Positions 1 through 12,294 of a DNA stretch of 64,000 nucleotides are shown here, one piece after another. The stretch comes from Candidatus Binatia bacterium (GTDB lineage Bacteria > Desulfobacterota > Binatia > UBA9968 > JAJDTQ01), in contig OY762897.2 in NCBI GenBank assembly GCA_963666515.2, forward strand, positions 4,512,001 to 4,576,000, written 5' to 3'. Position numbers and translations under genes: made by a program. How positions within the stretch are numbered: position 1 is the stretch's first letter; every line of letters starts with the position of its first letter. The notes beneath the pieces were generated by a model that saw only the letters and a program-made list of their open reading frames with translations, was not told where the DNA came from and did not search any database.

Positions 1-712
<712 letters not shown>

Positions 713-716
<4 letters not shown>

Positions 717-1966
717 GTCGCCTTCCTGAGCAGGATGCACGCGTTGGTGCCGCCGAATCCGAAGGAGTTGGAAAGGGCGACTCCGACGTCCGCCTGCCGC
801 GGTTCGTTGGGCACGTAGTCGAGGTCACAGTCGGGGTCCGGCGTCTCGTAGTTGATGGTGGGCGGCAGCATGCCGTGCTGCAGCGCCAGCACGCTGTAGA
901 TGGCCTCCACGGCGCCGGCCGCGCCCAGCAGGTGGCCGGTCATGGACTTGGTGGAGCTTACCGCGACGGTGCGGGCGTGGTCGCCGAAGACCGTCTTGAT
1001 GGCCGCGGTCTCGTTGGCGTCGTTGTACGGCGTCGAGGTGCCGTGAGCGTTGATGTAGTCCACGGCGCCGGGCGCGACCCCGGCGTCCTCCAGGGTCAGC
1101 GCCATGCAGCGGGCGGCGCCCTCGCCTTCCGGGGCAGGGGAGGTGATGTGATAGGCGTCGCCGTTGGTGCCGTAGCCGATCATCTCGGCATAGATCCTGG
1201 CGCCCCGGCGGACGGCGCGTTCGCGCTCCTCCAGCACCAGCATGCCCGAGCCTTCGGACATGACGAATCCGTCCCGCTCCTTGTCGAACGGCCGGCTGGC
1301 CAGCTCCGGCTCGTCGTTGCGCGTGGATAGCGCTTTCATGGCGGCGAACCCGCCCAGTCCCAGCGGGGTGGTGGCGGATTCGGTGCCGCCGGCGATGACG
1401 GCGTCCTGCCGCCCGTCGCGAATCAGGTGGAAGGCCTCTCCCAAGGCGTTGTTGCCGGACGCGCACGCGGAGGTGGGCGTCCAGTTGACCCCCTTCAGGC
1501 CGTAACGGATGGCGATCTGGCCCGGCGCCAGGTTGGAGATGACCTTGGGAATGAAGAACGGAGAGATCCTGCGCGGACCCTGCTTCATGTACACTTCGTG
1601 GTAGTGCTCGATGGTGGCGATGCCGCAGAAGCCCACGCCCACGATGGATCCGGCCCGGAACGCCTCGTCGCCGTCCACCGAGAAGCCGCTGTCCTCGACC
1701 GCAAGCTGGGCCGCGGCCAGGGCATACTGCATGAACAGGTCCATCTTCTTGACTTCGCGCGCTTCGATGAAGTCCTGGGGATCGAAACCCTTCACCTCGC
1801 CGCCGATGCGGCTGGAGAACGATTCGATGTCCTCGATGCGGGTGATGGGGCCGATACCCGAACGCCCGGCCTGGACCGCCTCCCAGTTGGCCTCCACCCC
1901 GATGCCCAGGGGGGTCAGCATTCCCATGCCGGTAACGACCACTCTGCGTCCGCCGTGATTTCCCAT
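713..1966 (-). CDS. fabF: 3-oxoacyl-ACP synthase II
   Basis: [32 protein letters not shown] and [11 protein letters not shown] motifs. Confidence 0.96.
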
Positions 1967-2011
1967 GGTGTGTGTTCTGGAATGAGCCGGTTGCACCCGT
2001 TTCCAGGGGCT

Positions 2012-3037
2012 CTACCAATACTTCTCGTGGATTTGAAGCACCTCCCGGATGCGCGGGGCGATGCGTTCGCCGCCGGGTTCCAGCGGCGCGGCTTCGGCCG
2101 ACTGCATGCGGTCGAGCACCACGGCCACGGAGTTGCGCAGGGCGGAGAGGTCGTAACCGCCCTCCAGGAGAAAAGCGATCTTGCCGCCGGTGTGCTTGCG
2201 GGCCAGCTCCAACATCGCGCCGGCCATGACGCCGAAGCCCCCTTCGGTGACCCCCATGGCCGCCAGCGGGTCGTCGCGGTGCGAGTCGAAGCCGGCCGAT
2301 ACCAGCAGCCAGTCGGGCTCGTAGCGCTCGATGGCCGGGACGATGATCTCCCGGAACACCGCCAGGTACTCGGCGTCGCCGCAGCCCGCCGGCAGCGGCA
2401 CGTTCACCGTGTACCCCTCTCCCTTGCCGCTGCCCACCTCGTCGGCGGCCCCGGTTCCGGGATAGTAGGGGTACTGGTGCGTGGACAGGAAGAGCACCGA
2501 GGGATCGTCGTAGAAGGCGTCCTGCGAGCCGTTGCCGTGGTGCACGTCCCAGTCCATGACCGCCACCCGGCGCGCGCCGTGGGCCTTCTGGAGATACCGG
2601 GCGCCGATGGCCACCGTGTTGAACAGGCAGAACCCCATGCCCCGGTCTCTCAGCGCGTGATGTCCCGGCGGCCGCACCATGGTGAAGCCGTTGGCGTATT
2701 CGGCCGCCGCCACCGCGTCCAGCAGTTGCAGGAACCCTCCCACCGCCATCAGCGCCACGCCGAAGGAGTCGCGGCAGGTGACGGTATCCCCGTCCAGCGC
2801 GAACCGGTTGTGCCCGGAGGTGGAGCGGACCAGGTCGATGTAGGCCGCGCCGTGGCACAGCTCCAGCTCCTCCTGGACCGCGGTGCGCAACGGCAGAAGC
2901 TCGTAGGCGCCGCCGCTCTCCACGACCTCGCCGGCGAGATCGAGGAGGGTCTTGAGACGTTGCGGGCTCTCGGGATGATACGGGCCGGGCTCGTGCTTCA
3001 GGAACACCGGATCGGTCACAATGGCGGAACGGGGCAT
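2012..3037 (-). CDS. Histone deacetylase-family (class II/AcuC-like) amidohydrolase
   Basis: [35 protein letters not shown] and LEGGY motifs. Confidence 0.93.
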   Translation of the reverse strand: MPRSAIVTDPVFLKHEPGPYHPESPQRLKTLLDLAGEVVESGGAYELLPLRTAVQEELELCHGAAYIDLVRSTSGHNRFALDGDTVTCRDSFGVALMAVGGFLQLLDAVAAAEYANGFTMVRPPGHHALRDRGMGFCLFNTVAIGARYLQKAHGARRVAVMDWDVHHGNGSQDAFYDDPSVLFLSTHQYPYYPGTGAADEVGSGKGEGYTVNVPLPAGCGDAEYLAVFREIIVPAIERYEPDWLLVSAGFDSHRDDPLAAMGVTEGGFGVMAGAMLELARKHTGGKIAFLLEGGYDLSALRNSVAVVLDRMQSAEAAPLEPGGERIAPRIREVLQIHEKYW

Positions 3038-3165
3038 GTTCCGCGCAATGTACCACCGTGCAGGACGCGGAGTCAAAGAACGGCCGTCGCCTCCCGGAGA
3101 CCACACACTTGCATCGGTTCAAGCGAAGAAAGATAATGATTGGAAGGCAACAAGGGGGTCCGAGC

Positions 3166-3591
3166 ATGAAAGTCTTCATCAGCCACGCGCAGACAGATGA
3201 CTCATTGGTCAGGAAGGTCGAAGCAGGCTTGGAAAAGGTCGGCTTGGAGGTGTGGGACGCCAGCCGCGAGATCCTGCCTGGCGACAACTGGGCCGACAAG
3301 ATCGCGGAGGCGTTGAAGGAGTCGGAGGCCATGGTCGTTTTCCTCACCCCGGATGCACTGCGGTCGCCTTGGGTCCGTTGGGAGATTGAGTATGCTTTAG
3401 GCGAACGCCGTTATCGCGAACGCCTTGTCCCGGTTCTTGCAGGGAAACCGGACGGAAACGTCCCCTGGATTCTTCGGCGCCTTCGCATGATCGACATGGA
3501 AGAGTTCACCGAGGAGGAAGGGATCAACCAGATTTCACAGGCACTTCTGAAGACGGCTCAATCCCCGGCTTCGGCAGAGGAGACCCCCTGA
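3166..3591 (+). CDS. Stand-alone TIR domain protein (TIR_2)
   Basis: MKVFISHA...[17 protein letters not shown] with the catalytic-type Glu present. Confidence 0.88.
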   Translation: MKVFISHAQTDDSLVRKVEAGLEKVGLEVWDASREILPGDNWADKIAEALKESEAMVVFLTPDALRSPWVRWEIEYALGERRYRERLVPVLAGKPDGNVPWILRRLRMIDMEEFTEEEGINQISQALLKTAQSPASAEETP

Positions 3592-3595
3592 GGTC

Positions 3596-3694
3596 ATGCT
3601 GCCGAAGGAGATTTTTGTATCCCATTCTGACCGTGACCGACCGTTTGTGGCGGACTTGGTCTCCGTCATGCGGCGCCATGGTCTGCCTGTCTGA
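3596..3694 (+). pseudogene. Truncated second TIR-domain gene
   Basis: Hand translation MLPKEIFVSHSDRDRPFVADLVSVMRRHGLPV* matches a TIR_2 N-terminus; the stop falls where a Trp is usual and no continuation is visible. Confidence 0.7.
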
Positions 3695-3753
3695 GTTCTT
3701 TGACTCGCCCCGGCAAATGCCTTAGCCTAGTGTCCTAGCGTCTGGGAGTCGGA

Positions 3754-4029
3754 ATGTTTGGTATCGGAATGCCGGAGCTGCTCTTGATCCTGGCGGTGGC
3801 CCTGATCGTGCTGGGGCCCAAGAAACTGCCGGAGATCGCGCGCGCCCTGGGACGGGGGCTCGCCGAGTTCCGCCGGACGACTGACGACGTGAAGCGGGAG
3901 ATGCAGGCCGCCGCGGACGAGATCGACACCCGTCCCGACAGCGAAGACACCGCCGCTGCCGAGCCGACCGGAGAAGGCGCGCCGGCCAATACCATATCTC
4001 CGGCGGGCGATCCCACCAGGAAAGAGTGA
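3754..4029 (+). CDS. tatB: Twin-arginine translocase TatA/TatB subunit
   Basis: [30 protein letters not shown]; overlaps the tatC start. Confidence 0.8.
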   Translation: MFGIGMPELLLILAVALIVLGPKKLPEIARALGRGLAEFRRTTDDVKREMQAAADEIDTRPDSEDTAAAEPTGEGAPANTISPAGDPTRKE

Positions 4030-4817
4030 ACGCGGACGGAGGAGCGAGCGGGGAGGGGGAGCGGCTGGCGGACGACTCCAGCATGCCCCTGACCGCGCAC
4101 CTGGAGGAGCTTCGGTCCCGGCTCATCAAGTCCTCTCTGGCCGTGTTGGCGGCCTTCATCGCCTGTTACCTGACCGCGGACCGCCTCATCACCTTCATGA
4201 CCGCGCCGCTGCTGCGGCTGGAGGCCTCCGGCCTCACGGTCATCGGCACCGGCGTCGCCGAGGCTTTCTTCGCCAAGCTCAAGGTGGCGTTCGTGGCGGC
4301 CATCTTCCTGGCGTTGCCGGTGCTGCTGTGGCACGCGTGGAAGTTCGTGGCGCCTGGCCTCTACAGCCGCGAGCGGCGCTACACCAAGGGTTTCGTCTTC
4401 TTCGGCACTCTGTTCTTCCTGCTGGGAGCCGGCTTCTGCTACGTGGTGATCTTCGACATCGGCTACCGCTTCTTCCTGGAGCAGTACCAGCAGCTCGACA
4501 TCCGCCCGGCGATCCGGGTCAGCGAGTACCTGTCGTTCTCTGCCAAGCTCATGCTGGCCTTCGGAGTCGTCTTCGAGCTGCCGGTGGCGGGGGTGTTCCT
4601 GGCCCGGGTGGGGCTCATCGATCACCGCATGATGATGCGGCAGTTCCCCTACGCGTTTCTGGGGATGGTGGTGCTGGGCGCTGTCCTCACCCCGCCCGAC
4701 GTGATCTCGCAGGTGCTGCTGGCGCTACCGTTGACCGCGCTCTACGGCCTCACCATCGTGCTGGTCTACTTCATGCGGCGGAAGGACGGCGTGAACCGGG
4801 AGGAGGACGGCGGCTAG
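4026..4817 (+). CDS. tatC: Twin-arginine translocase TatC
   Basis: [25 protein letters not shown] and LTPPD motifs; multiple TM helices. Confidence 0.95.
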   Translation: MNADGGASGEGERLADDSSMPLTAHLEELRSRLIKSSLAVLAAFIACYLTADRLITFMTAPLLRLEASGLTVIGTGVAEAFFAKLKVAFVAAIFLALPVLLWHAWKFVAPGLYSRERRYTKGFVFFGTLFFLLGAGFCYVVIFDIGYRFFLEQYQQLDIRPAIRVSEYLSFSAKLMLAFGVVFELPVAGVFLARVGLIDHRMMMRQFPYAFLGMVVLGAVLTPPDVISQVLLALPLTALYGLTIVLVYFMRRKDGVNREEDGG

Positions 4818-4864
4818 CGGGATGCACGCGGGGTCCGCCTGCCCGCGGCCCGGCGCCTCCGCGC

Positions 4865-5368
4865 CTATTCCACGATCACGAGCACCTGTCCGGATTCCAC
4901 CGACTCCCCGGCCTTGACGCGGATCTCCTTGACCTCGCCGTTGCCGGGCGCCCGCACCTCGTTCTCCATCTTCATGGCCTCGACGATCACCAGTCCCTGG
5001 CCCTTGGCCACGGCGTCGCCCTCGTTCACCAGCACCGCCACCACCTTGCCGGGCATGGGGATCCTGACCTCCTGCCGGCCGGACACCTCGACCCCGGACT
5101 GCCGTCCGCCGACCCGGACCTGCCGTTCGTCGGACATGCTGATGTGGTAGGTGCGGCCGTCCAGCAGCACCCGGTACTCGTCCTCGGTGGTGTCCACGTC
5201 CACCTCGAAGGAGCGGTTGTCGATCAAGAGCGAGTAGTTGTTGCGGCCGGTCCGCCTCCCGTCCACCATGAACTCGTGGCCGTCCACCACCACCTTGTAC
5301 AGGGACTTGTCGGTCTCGGTGATGCGCACCACCGAGGTCTGGCCGCCGAGTTTGGCGATGAACGCCAT
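4865..5368 (-). CDS. Biotin carboxyl carrier protein of an acyl-CoA carboxylase
   Basis: C-terminal biotinyl domain PMPGKVV...EAMKMENE. Confidence 0.92.
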   Translation of the reverse strand: MAFIAKLGGQTSVVRITETDKSLYKVVVDGHEFMVDGRRTGRNNYSLLIDNRSFEVDVDTTEDEYRVLLDGRTYHISMSDERQVRVGGRQSGVEVSGRQEVRIPMPGKVVAVLVNEGDAVAKGQGLVIVEAMKMENEVRAPGNGEVKEIRVKAGESVESGQVLVIVE

Positions 5369-5372
5369 GAGG

Positions 5373-6911
5373 CTACCAGCCGCGCCCCGCGCCGGGCGCG
5401 CCCGAGTGGCGTTGCAGCGCCTCGCGCCGGCCGGCGTCGCGCCACTCCGATTGCTCCGCGGCGCCTTTCTCCACCATCCGGAGCGCCCGCTCCTGCTCCC
5501 GGTGGAGCGCCACGATGGCGGCGGACGCCAGCGCCACGTGACGGTCCGGGTAGACCTGCTCCATGGCCATGAACCCCCGCTGCTCGTCCACGAACCCGGT
5601 GTAGACGTCCCCTTCGATGAACTGGGGGTGGCGCAGCATCCACTGGTGGAACGGGATGTTGGTCTTGACGCCCCGGACCTGGTACTCGCGCAGGGCGCGC
5701 TTGAGGCGCCGGATGGCCTCGGCGCGGTCCTCGCCCCAGACGATGAGCTTGGCGATCATGGGGTCGTAGTGGATGGGGATCTCGGCGCCCTCGTAGACGC
5801 CGCAGTCGTTGCGGATGCCGAACCCCTCGGGCAACCGCAGCCCCTCGATCTTTCCCGGACAGGGCATGAAGTCGGTCTCCGGGTCTTCGGCGTAGATGCG
5901 GCATTCGATGGCGTGCCCGGTGGGCCGGATCTGGCGCTGCGACCAGGACAGGGGCGTTCCCGAAGCGACGTGGATCTGCGCCTTCACCAGGTCGATGCCC
6001 ATGACCCGCTCGGTGATGGCGTGCTCCACCTGCAGGCGGGTGTTCATCTCCAGGAAGTAGTAGTTCTTGTGGCGGTCCACCAGGAACTCCATGGTGCCGA
6101 CGCCGGTGTAGCCGAGCGCCTTCGCCCCCTGCGCCGCGGTCTTGCCCATGGCCTTCTGCATGCGGAGGTCGATGGTCGGCGCGGGACATTCCTCGATGAT
6201 CTTCTGGTGGCGGCGCTGGATCGAGCATTCGCGGGTGAACAGGTGCAGCACCCGGCCGTAGATGTCGGCGAGGAGCTGGACCTCGATGTGGCGGCAGCGC
6301 TCCAGGTACTTCTCGACGTAGAGCCGGGAATCGCCGAAGGACGAGGCCGCCTCGGAGCGCGCCGCGCGGTAGGCGGAGCGTATTTCGTCGCTGGACTCCA
6401 CCCGCCGCAGCCCCTTGCCGCCTCCGCCGGCCACGGCCTTGAGGACGCAGGGGTAGCCGATGGCCTCGGCGGTCTCCATCACCTCCTCCTCGGAGCTGAG
6501 GATGTCGTCGGAGCCGGGGATCACCGGCAGCCCCGCCTTCTTCATCAGCGCCCGGGCGTGGACCTTGTCGCCCATCTGCTTGATGACTTCCGGCGACGGT
6601 CCGAGAAAGACGATGCCGGCCTCGTCGCAGGCGCGGGCGAACGCCGGGTTCTCGGCGAGGAACCCGTAGCCGGGGTGAATGGCGTCGGCCCGGCTCTTCC
6701 TGGCCGCGTCGATGACCCGGTCGATGCGGAGGTAGCTCTCCGTGGAGGGGGCTTCCCCCACCGGATAGGAGTAGTCGGCGTACTTGACGTGAAGAGCCTC
6801 GCGGTCGGCCTCGGAGTAGATGGCGACGCTCTGGATGTCCAGCTCGCGGCACGCGCGTATGATGCGGACGGCGATCTCGCCGCGGTTGGCCACCAGGATC
6901 CGTTTGAACAT
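5373..6911 (-). CDS. accC: Biotin carboxylase subunit
   Basis: ILVANRGEIA, HPGYGFLAEN, GGGGKG, RECSIQRRHQK and EMNTRLQVEH motifs. Confidence 0.93.
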   Translation of the reverse strand: MFKRILVANRGEIAVRIIRACRELDIQSVAIYSEADREALHVKYADYSYPVGEAPSTESYLRIDRVIDAARKSRADAIHPGYGFLAENPAFARACDEAGIVFLGPSPEVIKQMGDKVHARALMKKAGLPVIPGSDDILSSEEEVMETAEAIGYPCVLKAVAGGGGKGLRRVESSDEIRSAYRAARSEAASSFGDSRLYVEKYLERCRHIEVQLLADIYGRVLHLFTRECSIQRRHQKIIEECPAPTIDLRMQKAMGKTAAQGAKALGYTGVGTMEFLVDRHKNYYFLEMNTRLQVEHAITERVMGIDLVKAQIHVASGTPLSWSQRQIRPTGHAIECRIYAEDPETDFMPCPGKIEGLRLPEGFGIRNDCGVYEGAEIPIHYDPMIAKLIVWGEDRAEAIRRLKRALREYQVRGVKTNIPFHQWMLRHPQFIEGDVYTGFVDEQRGFMAMEQVYPDRHVALASAAIVALHREQERALRMVEKGAAEQSEWRDAGRREALQRHSGAPGAGRGW

Positions 6912-6939
6912 CTCAGGCGATCCCGTTATGCGCCCGCCC

Positions 6940-8493
<1,554 letters not shown>

Positions 8494-8735
8494 CGCCCCT
8501 TGCCTGCCGCCTTCCGGTGAGTTACGCCCGGCCTCATGGACGCCCCGGCGCCGGGGCTCGGCGCGCCGGTCCGGTGCACGGCTCCGTCTCTTGACCCGGG
8601 AAGGTCGCCGCGGTTATCAATGTCGGTGGGTTCCAGTGGTTCGTCACACAAGAACAACCCGTGGATCATAGGCCCCGCGGCGCAAAAATTCAAGGATTGC
8701 CCCGGATTCCCGTCCCTTCCTCGAACCGCCGAGCG

Positions 8736-9563
8736 ATGACAGGATCGTCCTCATACCCGTTCTTCTCGGACCCGCCGCCGAGGATCGCCGGACATCGCGG
8801 CGCCGCCGGCACCATGCCGGAGAACACCCTGGCGTCGTTCCGCCGGGCGCTGGAGGAAGGGGCGACCTTCGTCGAGATGGACGTCCACGCGACCCGCGAC
8901 GGCGAGATCGTCATCATCCACGACGACACCCTCCAGCGCACCACCGACGGCGCCGGCGCGTTGCGGGACACGGCCCTTGCGGACCTGAAGCCGCTGGACG
9001 CCGGCTACCGGTTCACGGCCGACGACGGCGCCACCTACCCGTTCCGGGGCCGGGGCATCCGGGTGCCGACCCTGCGCGAGTTCTTCGCCGAGTTTCCCGA
9101 GGCCAGGACGACGGTAGAGATCAAGGAGTTGCCGGCGCCGGCCGTCGGGACGCTGTTCGACCTCATCGAGGAGTTCGGCAACGCGGAGCAGGTGCTGGTG
9201 GCGGCCGAGCACGACGCCACCATGGCCGCGGCGCGCGAAGTCATCCGCGGGCGCGGCCTGTCCGTAGCCACGGGGTTCTCCACGGGTGAGATCCGCGCCT
9301 TCATGGCCGCGCTGACGGCAGGACGGGAGGCGCCGCGGGAGGCGCCCGGCCGGGCGCTCCAGATCCCGCTACGGTACCAGGGCGTGGAACTCGTCACCCC
9401 GGCGTCGGTGGCGGCCGCCCACGGCCTGGGCGTCGAGGTCCACGTCTGGACCGTCAACGAGACGGACGAGATGAAGGAACTGCTGGCGCTCGGCGTCGAC
9501 GGCATCATCACCGACTACCCCGCCCGCCTGCGGGACGTGGTCCGGCAATCCGAAGCGCGTTGA
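8736..9563 (+). CDS. Glycerophosphodiester phosphodiesterase
   Basis: AGHRGA, PENTL, EMDVH, HDDTLQRTT, VHVWTVN and GVDGIITDYP motifs. Confidence 0.93.
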   Translation: MTGSSSYPFFSDPPPRIAGHRGAAGTMPENTLASFRRALEEGATFVEMDVHATRDGEIVIIHDDTLQRTTDGAGALRDTALADLKPLDAGYRFTADDGATYPFRGRGIRVPTLREFFAEFPEARTTVEIKELPAPAVGTLFDLIEEFGNAEQVLVAAEHDATMAAAREVIRGRGLSVATGFSTGEIRAFMAALTAGREAPREAPGRALQIPLRYQGVELVTPASVAAAHGLGVEVHVWTVNETDEMKELLALGVDGIITDYPARLRDVVRQSEAR

Positions 9564-9626
9564 CGCGGACCTCGGCCTGCCATGCCAAGACGATCCTGCG
9601 CATCGCCCGCGTCTCCGTAGACCCGC

Positions 9627-10235
9627 ATGACGGACACGGCGCCAGACCCGCGCATGGAGCCGCTGCTCGACGCGCTGGAGGAAACCGACAAGGGGGTGGT
9701 CCGTCGCGCGGTGGAGGAGTTGGTGACCCTGGCCGCGGCCGAGCCAAGGGTTGCCGAGGCTCTCGCCCGGCGGCTGCAGGCCGCCCCGCGCTGGCCCGTC
9801 GCCTATGCCCTGGGGCAGATCACCCGCCCGTCCCCGGCCTGCCTGGAAGTGCTCGTCCGGGGCCTCGGCAGCGGCGACCAGGACGTGCGCTGGGCCACCC
9901 AGCTCCTGGTCACCGACCTCGGCAAGCGCTATGCGGAGGTCGGATCACGCCTGGAAGCGCTGCTGGGCGGCGGCTCGGCCACCCAAAGGAGAATGGCCGT
10001 CTACTGCCTGCGGGATATCGGCGCGGCCGGCGCCGGGTTTCCGGCCGCGTTGCTTGAGGCCCTGCGCGACCCCGAGCCGCTGGTGCGGGTGGCGGTGGCG
10101 ACCAGCCTCGCCAAGGCCCCGGCGGCGGGGGCGGACGCGCTGGATGCGCTCAGGAGCGCGGCCGCGGAAGATCCCGACGTCCGGGTGCGGAACGCCGCGG
10201 CCTTCGCCGTCAAGCGTCTCGCTGAGCCCACGTGA
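9627..10235 (+). CDS. HEAT-repeat protein
   Basis: Repeated L..D.D..VR..A...L helical units (DQDVRWAT, DPEPLVRVAV, DPDVRVRNAA). Confidence 0.8.
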   Translation: MTDTAPDPRMEPLLDALEETDKGVVRRAVEELVTLAAAEPRVAEALARRLQAAPRWPVAYALGQITRPSPACLEVLVRGLGSGDQDVRWATQLLVTDLGKRYAEVGSRLEALLGGGSATQRRMAVYCLRDIGAAGAGFPAALLEALRDPEPLVRVAVATSLAKAPAAGADALDALRSAAAEDPDVRVRNAAAFAVKRLAEPT

Positions 10236-10255
10236 GCGGGTCCGCGCGAAAGAAT

Positions 10256-10284
10256 TTGACAAAGGGAACCGCCTCCCCTAAGAT
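10256..10284 (+). promoter_or_regulatory. Sigma70-type promoter
   Basis: TTGACA (10256-10261), 17-bp spacer, TAAGAT (10279-10284). Confidence 0.8.
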
Positions 10285-10289
10285 GTCCG

Positions 10290-10445
10290 CCAGCAGAGAA
10301 AGGAGGTGGTCAAAATATGAGTGACATATGTAGCTGCGAGGTGACTGAGACCTAGGCTCTCGAGCCTTTTTCGGAATTGAGGGTCTTGGTCAATTCCGAC
10401 AGTACACCGAGCCCTGGCTGGCCGACGCGTCAGCCAGGGCTTTTG
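10290..10445 (+). ncRNA. Putative small RNA or micro-ORF transcript (ORF 10317-10355, MSDICSCEVTET)
   Basis: Own promoter, extended SD AAAGGAGGTGG, 12-codon ORF, hairpin 10371-10399 and intrinsic terminator. Confidence 0.6.
10410..10445 (+). terminator. Intrinsic terminator, possibly bidirectional
   Basis: AGCCCTGGCTG (10410-10420) / CAGCCAGGGCT (10431-10441) stem followed by TTTTGTTT; overlaps the pgeF stop on the other strand. Confidence 0.8.
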
Positions 10446-11248
10446 TTTGTTTGCGCCGTGTTTGTTTCCGCCCAGCCGATGAAGCTCGCCTGGCGTCCGG
10501 TGGCGCCGTCGCCGGCCGCGGCCTCCCGGCGGTAGGAAAAGAACTCCGCGGGATGGCACGCGGTGCAGGGGCCCGCCGCGGCGATCCGTTGCGCCGGCAC
10601 CCCCGCCGCGGCCAACAGCGCGGCGTTCAGCCGTCTCAGGTCGAGCCAGGTCCTGCCCTCCCGGCGCTCCAGGGCGGCTTCCGCCTTGTCGCCCCATGCC
10701 CCGATCAGCGGTTCCGAGACGTCGGGACCGATCTCGTAGCAGCAGCCTCCGATGGCCGGACCCACCGCGCACCACAGGTCCCGCGGCGCCGTGCCGTAGC
10801 GGTTCTCGATGTGCCGCACCGTTTTCGCGGCCACGCCGGCCAGGGTGCCGCGCCAGCCCGCGTGGATCACCGCGGCCAGCCTTCGTTCCGGGGTGCGCGC
10901 CCAGCAGAGGACCGGCACGCAGTCCGCGGTCAGGACGCCGAGGTAGACGCCGGGCGCGTCGGTCACCATGGCGTCGCCCTCGCCCGCGTCCTTGCACGGC
11001 CCGGCGACGTCGATGACGTGATCGCCGTGCCGTTGCCGCATGGTCACCAGCCGCGTGCCCGCCATGCCCGCGGCGCCCTTCACGGCGCAGTAGTTGTCCT
11101 TGACGTGCTGAGGGTCGTCGCCCACGTTGAAGGAGACGTTGAGGCCCGCGAACGCGCCCCGGCTGTGGCCGCCGGTTCGGCCCAGAAATCCGTGCCGCAG
11201 TCCGGGCTGCGCTTCCCACCCGGGAACGCGGTAAACCGTCAAGTCCAT
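10430..11248 (-). CDS. pgeF: Peptidoglycan editing factor / YfiH-family purine nucleoside phosphorylase
   Basis: HGFLGRTGG, QRHG, GDAMVT, TADCVPV, HAGWRG, GPAIGGCCYE and FFSYRRE motifs. Confidence 0.92.
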   Translation of the reverse strand: MDLTVYRVPGWEAQPGLRHGFLGRTGGHSRGAFAGLNVSFNVGDDPQHVKDNYCAVKGAAGMAGTRLVTMRQRHGDHVIDVAGPCKDAGEGDAMVTDAPGVYLGVLTADCVPVLCWARTPERRLAAVIHAGWRGTLAGVAAKTVRHIENRYGTAPRDLWCAVGPAIGGCCYEIGPDVSEPLIGAWGDKAEAALERREGRTWLDLRRLNAALLAAAGVPAQRIAAAGPCTACHPAEFFSYRREAAAGDGATGRQASFIGWAETNTAQTNKSPG

Positions 11249-11251
11249 CAC

Positions 11252-11304
11252 AACCGTTCGTCCTGAGCGTAGCGGAGTGTCAGCGGAGCGAAGTCGAAGG
11301 ACGC
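11252..11304. repeat. REP-like palindrome family A, copy 1
   Basis: AACCGTTCGTCCTGAGCGTAGC...GCGAAGTCGAAGGACGC; related copies at 12782 and 45539-45639. Confidence 0.85.
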
Positions 11305-11323
11305 AAGCTCACGGGACACCACA

Positions 11324-12070
11324 CTAGAACCGCGACAGCAGGCTGCCGAAGCCGTCGAGCCGGTCCGACAGCCCGTTCTGGCGCAACGCGTACCAGTAGA
11401 TGGCCGTGTTGATGGCGATGACCGGCTTGCCGAGCCGGCTTTCCGCTTCGCCCGCCAGCCGCGCCATGACCAGGTTCGTGCCCACCTGCACCACCGCGTC
11501 CACGTCGCCGCCGTCCACCTCCTCGATGGCCGCCTCCAGGGTGTCCGCCTGCACGTGGGCGATCAGCACCGGGCTCTCGCACTTGAGGCCCTTGAGGCGC
11601 GCCACCTCGTAGCCGCAGTCGGTGAAGAACCGCACCACCTGGGCGTCGCCCACGGGCATGTACGGCGTGATCACCCCGATGCGCCGGATGCCGCCGTACG
11701 CCTCCAGCGCCGCCTCGCAGGCGTAGGAGCCCATGGCGACCCGCACCCCCGCGCGCCGCTCCACCGCCTCCAGAAGCCGCCGGCTGCCCTCGGCGCCGTC
11801 CCAGAAGGTCTCCGAGGACATGCCCATGATCAGGTAGTCGGGCCGGCAGGTCATCACGCGGTCGATGGCGTTGTCCACCTCCGCGCGGATGTTCCGCATC
11901 AACTGCTCGAAGTCCGCGTCGTCGTGGATGGGGTCGTCGGGAATCCAGATGCGCGCGAAGTGGTTGGTCACGCCGTCCGGCCTCATGTCGTCGAACTCGG
12001 GCTGCACCGACGTGTTGGTGGAGGGGGCGATGACCGCGAACTTGCGCCGCCAGCCCAGGGCGTCAACCAT
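11324..12070 (-). CDS. Maleate isomerase / arylmalonate decarboxylase (Asp/Glu racemase superfamily) protein
   Basis: GWRRKFAVIAPSTNTSVQPEF, ITPY, GTNL, KPVIAIN and GFGSLL motifs. Confidence 0.82.
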   Translation of the reverse strand: MVDALGWRRKFAVIAPSTNTSVQPEFDDMRPDGVTNHFARIWIPDDPIHDDADFEQLMRNIRAEVDNAIDRVMTCRPDYLIMGMSSETFWDGAEGSRRLLEAVERRAGVRVAMGSYACEAALEAYGGIRRIGVITPYMPVGDAQVVRFFTDCGYEVARLKGLKCESPVLIAHVQADTLEAAIEEVDGGDVDAVVQVGTNLVMARLAGEAESRLGKPVIAINTAIYWYALRQNGLSDRLDGFGSLLSRF

Positions 12071-12119
12071 TCATCGTCCTCCGGCGGCTTCTCACGCGGG
12101 CGTTCCGCGCCGAGGTGGT

Positions 12120-12149
12120 TGGACTCGCGTTCATGGCCCAAGGTATAAC
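12120..12149 (+). promoter_or_regulatory. Possible sigma70 promoter for the NUDIX gene
   Basis: TGGACT, 18-bp spacer, TATAAC in the divergent intergenic region. Confidence 0.4.
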
Positions 12150-12241
12150 ACCAACGTTCTGCGGTTTACTATTGTCTGCGCCGGCGCTCTTGCCATGGCG
12201 CATCATTGCAGGCGCTGACGATTCCCGGTCTCCGACCCCCG

Positions 12242-12270
12242 CTTCTCCCGGGAGAGGGCAGGGGCGAGGG
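12242..12270. repeat. REP-like palindrome family B, copy 1
   Basis: CTTCTCCCGGGAGAGGGCAGGGGCGAGGG; related copy at 55630-55664. Confidence 0.6.
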
Positions 12271-12294
12271 CCTCCCGCGGGTGGAAAGGACGAC

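Noticed and set aside
10297-10312. AGAAAGGAGGTGGTC as a 16S rRNA 3' fragment, or the locus as 6S/tmRNA/SRP RNA
   Set aside because: No flanking rRNA sequence and no long 6S rod, tRNA-like ends or SRP loop motif could be identified.
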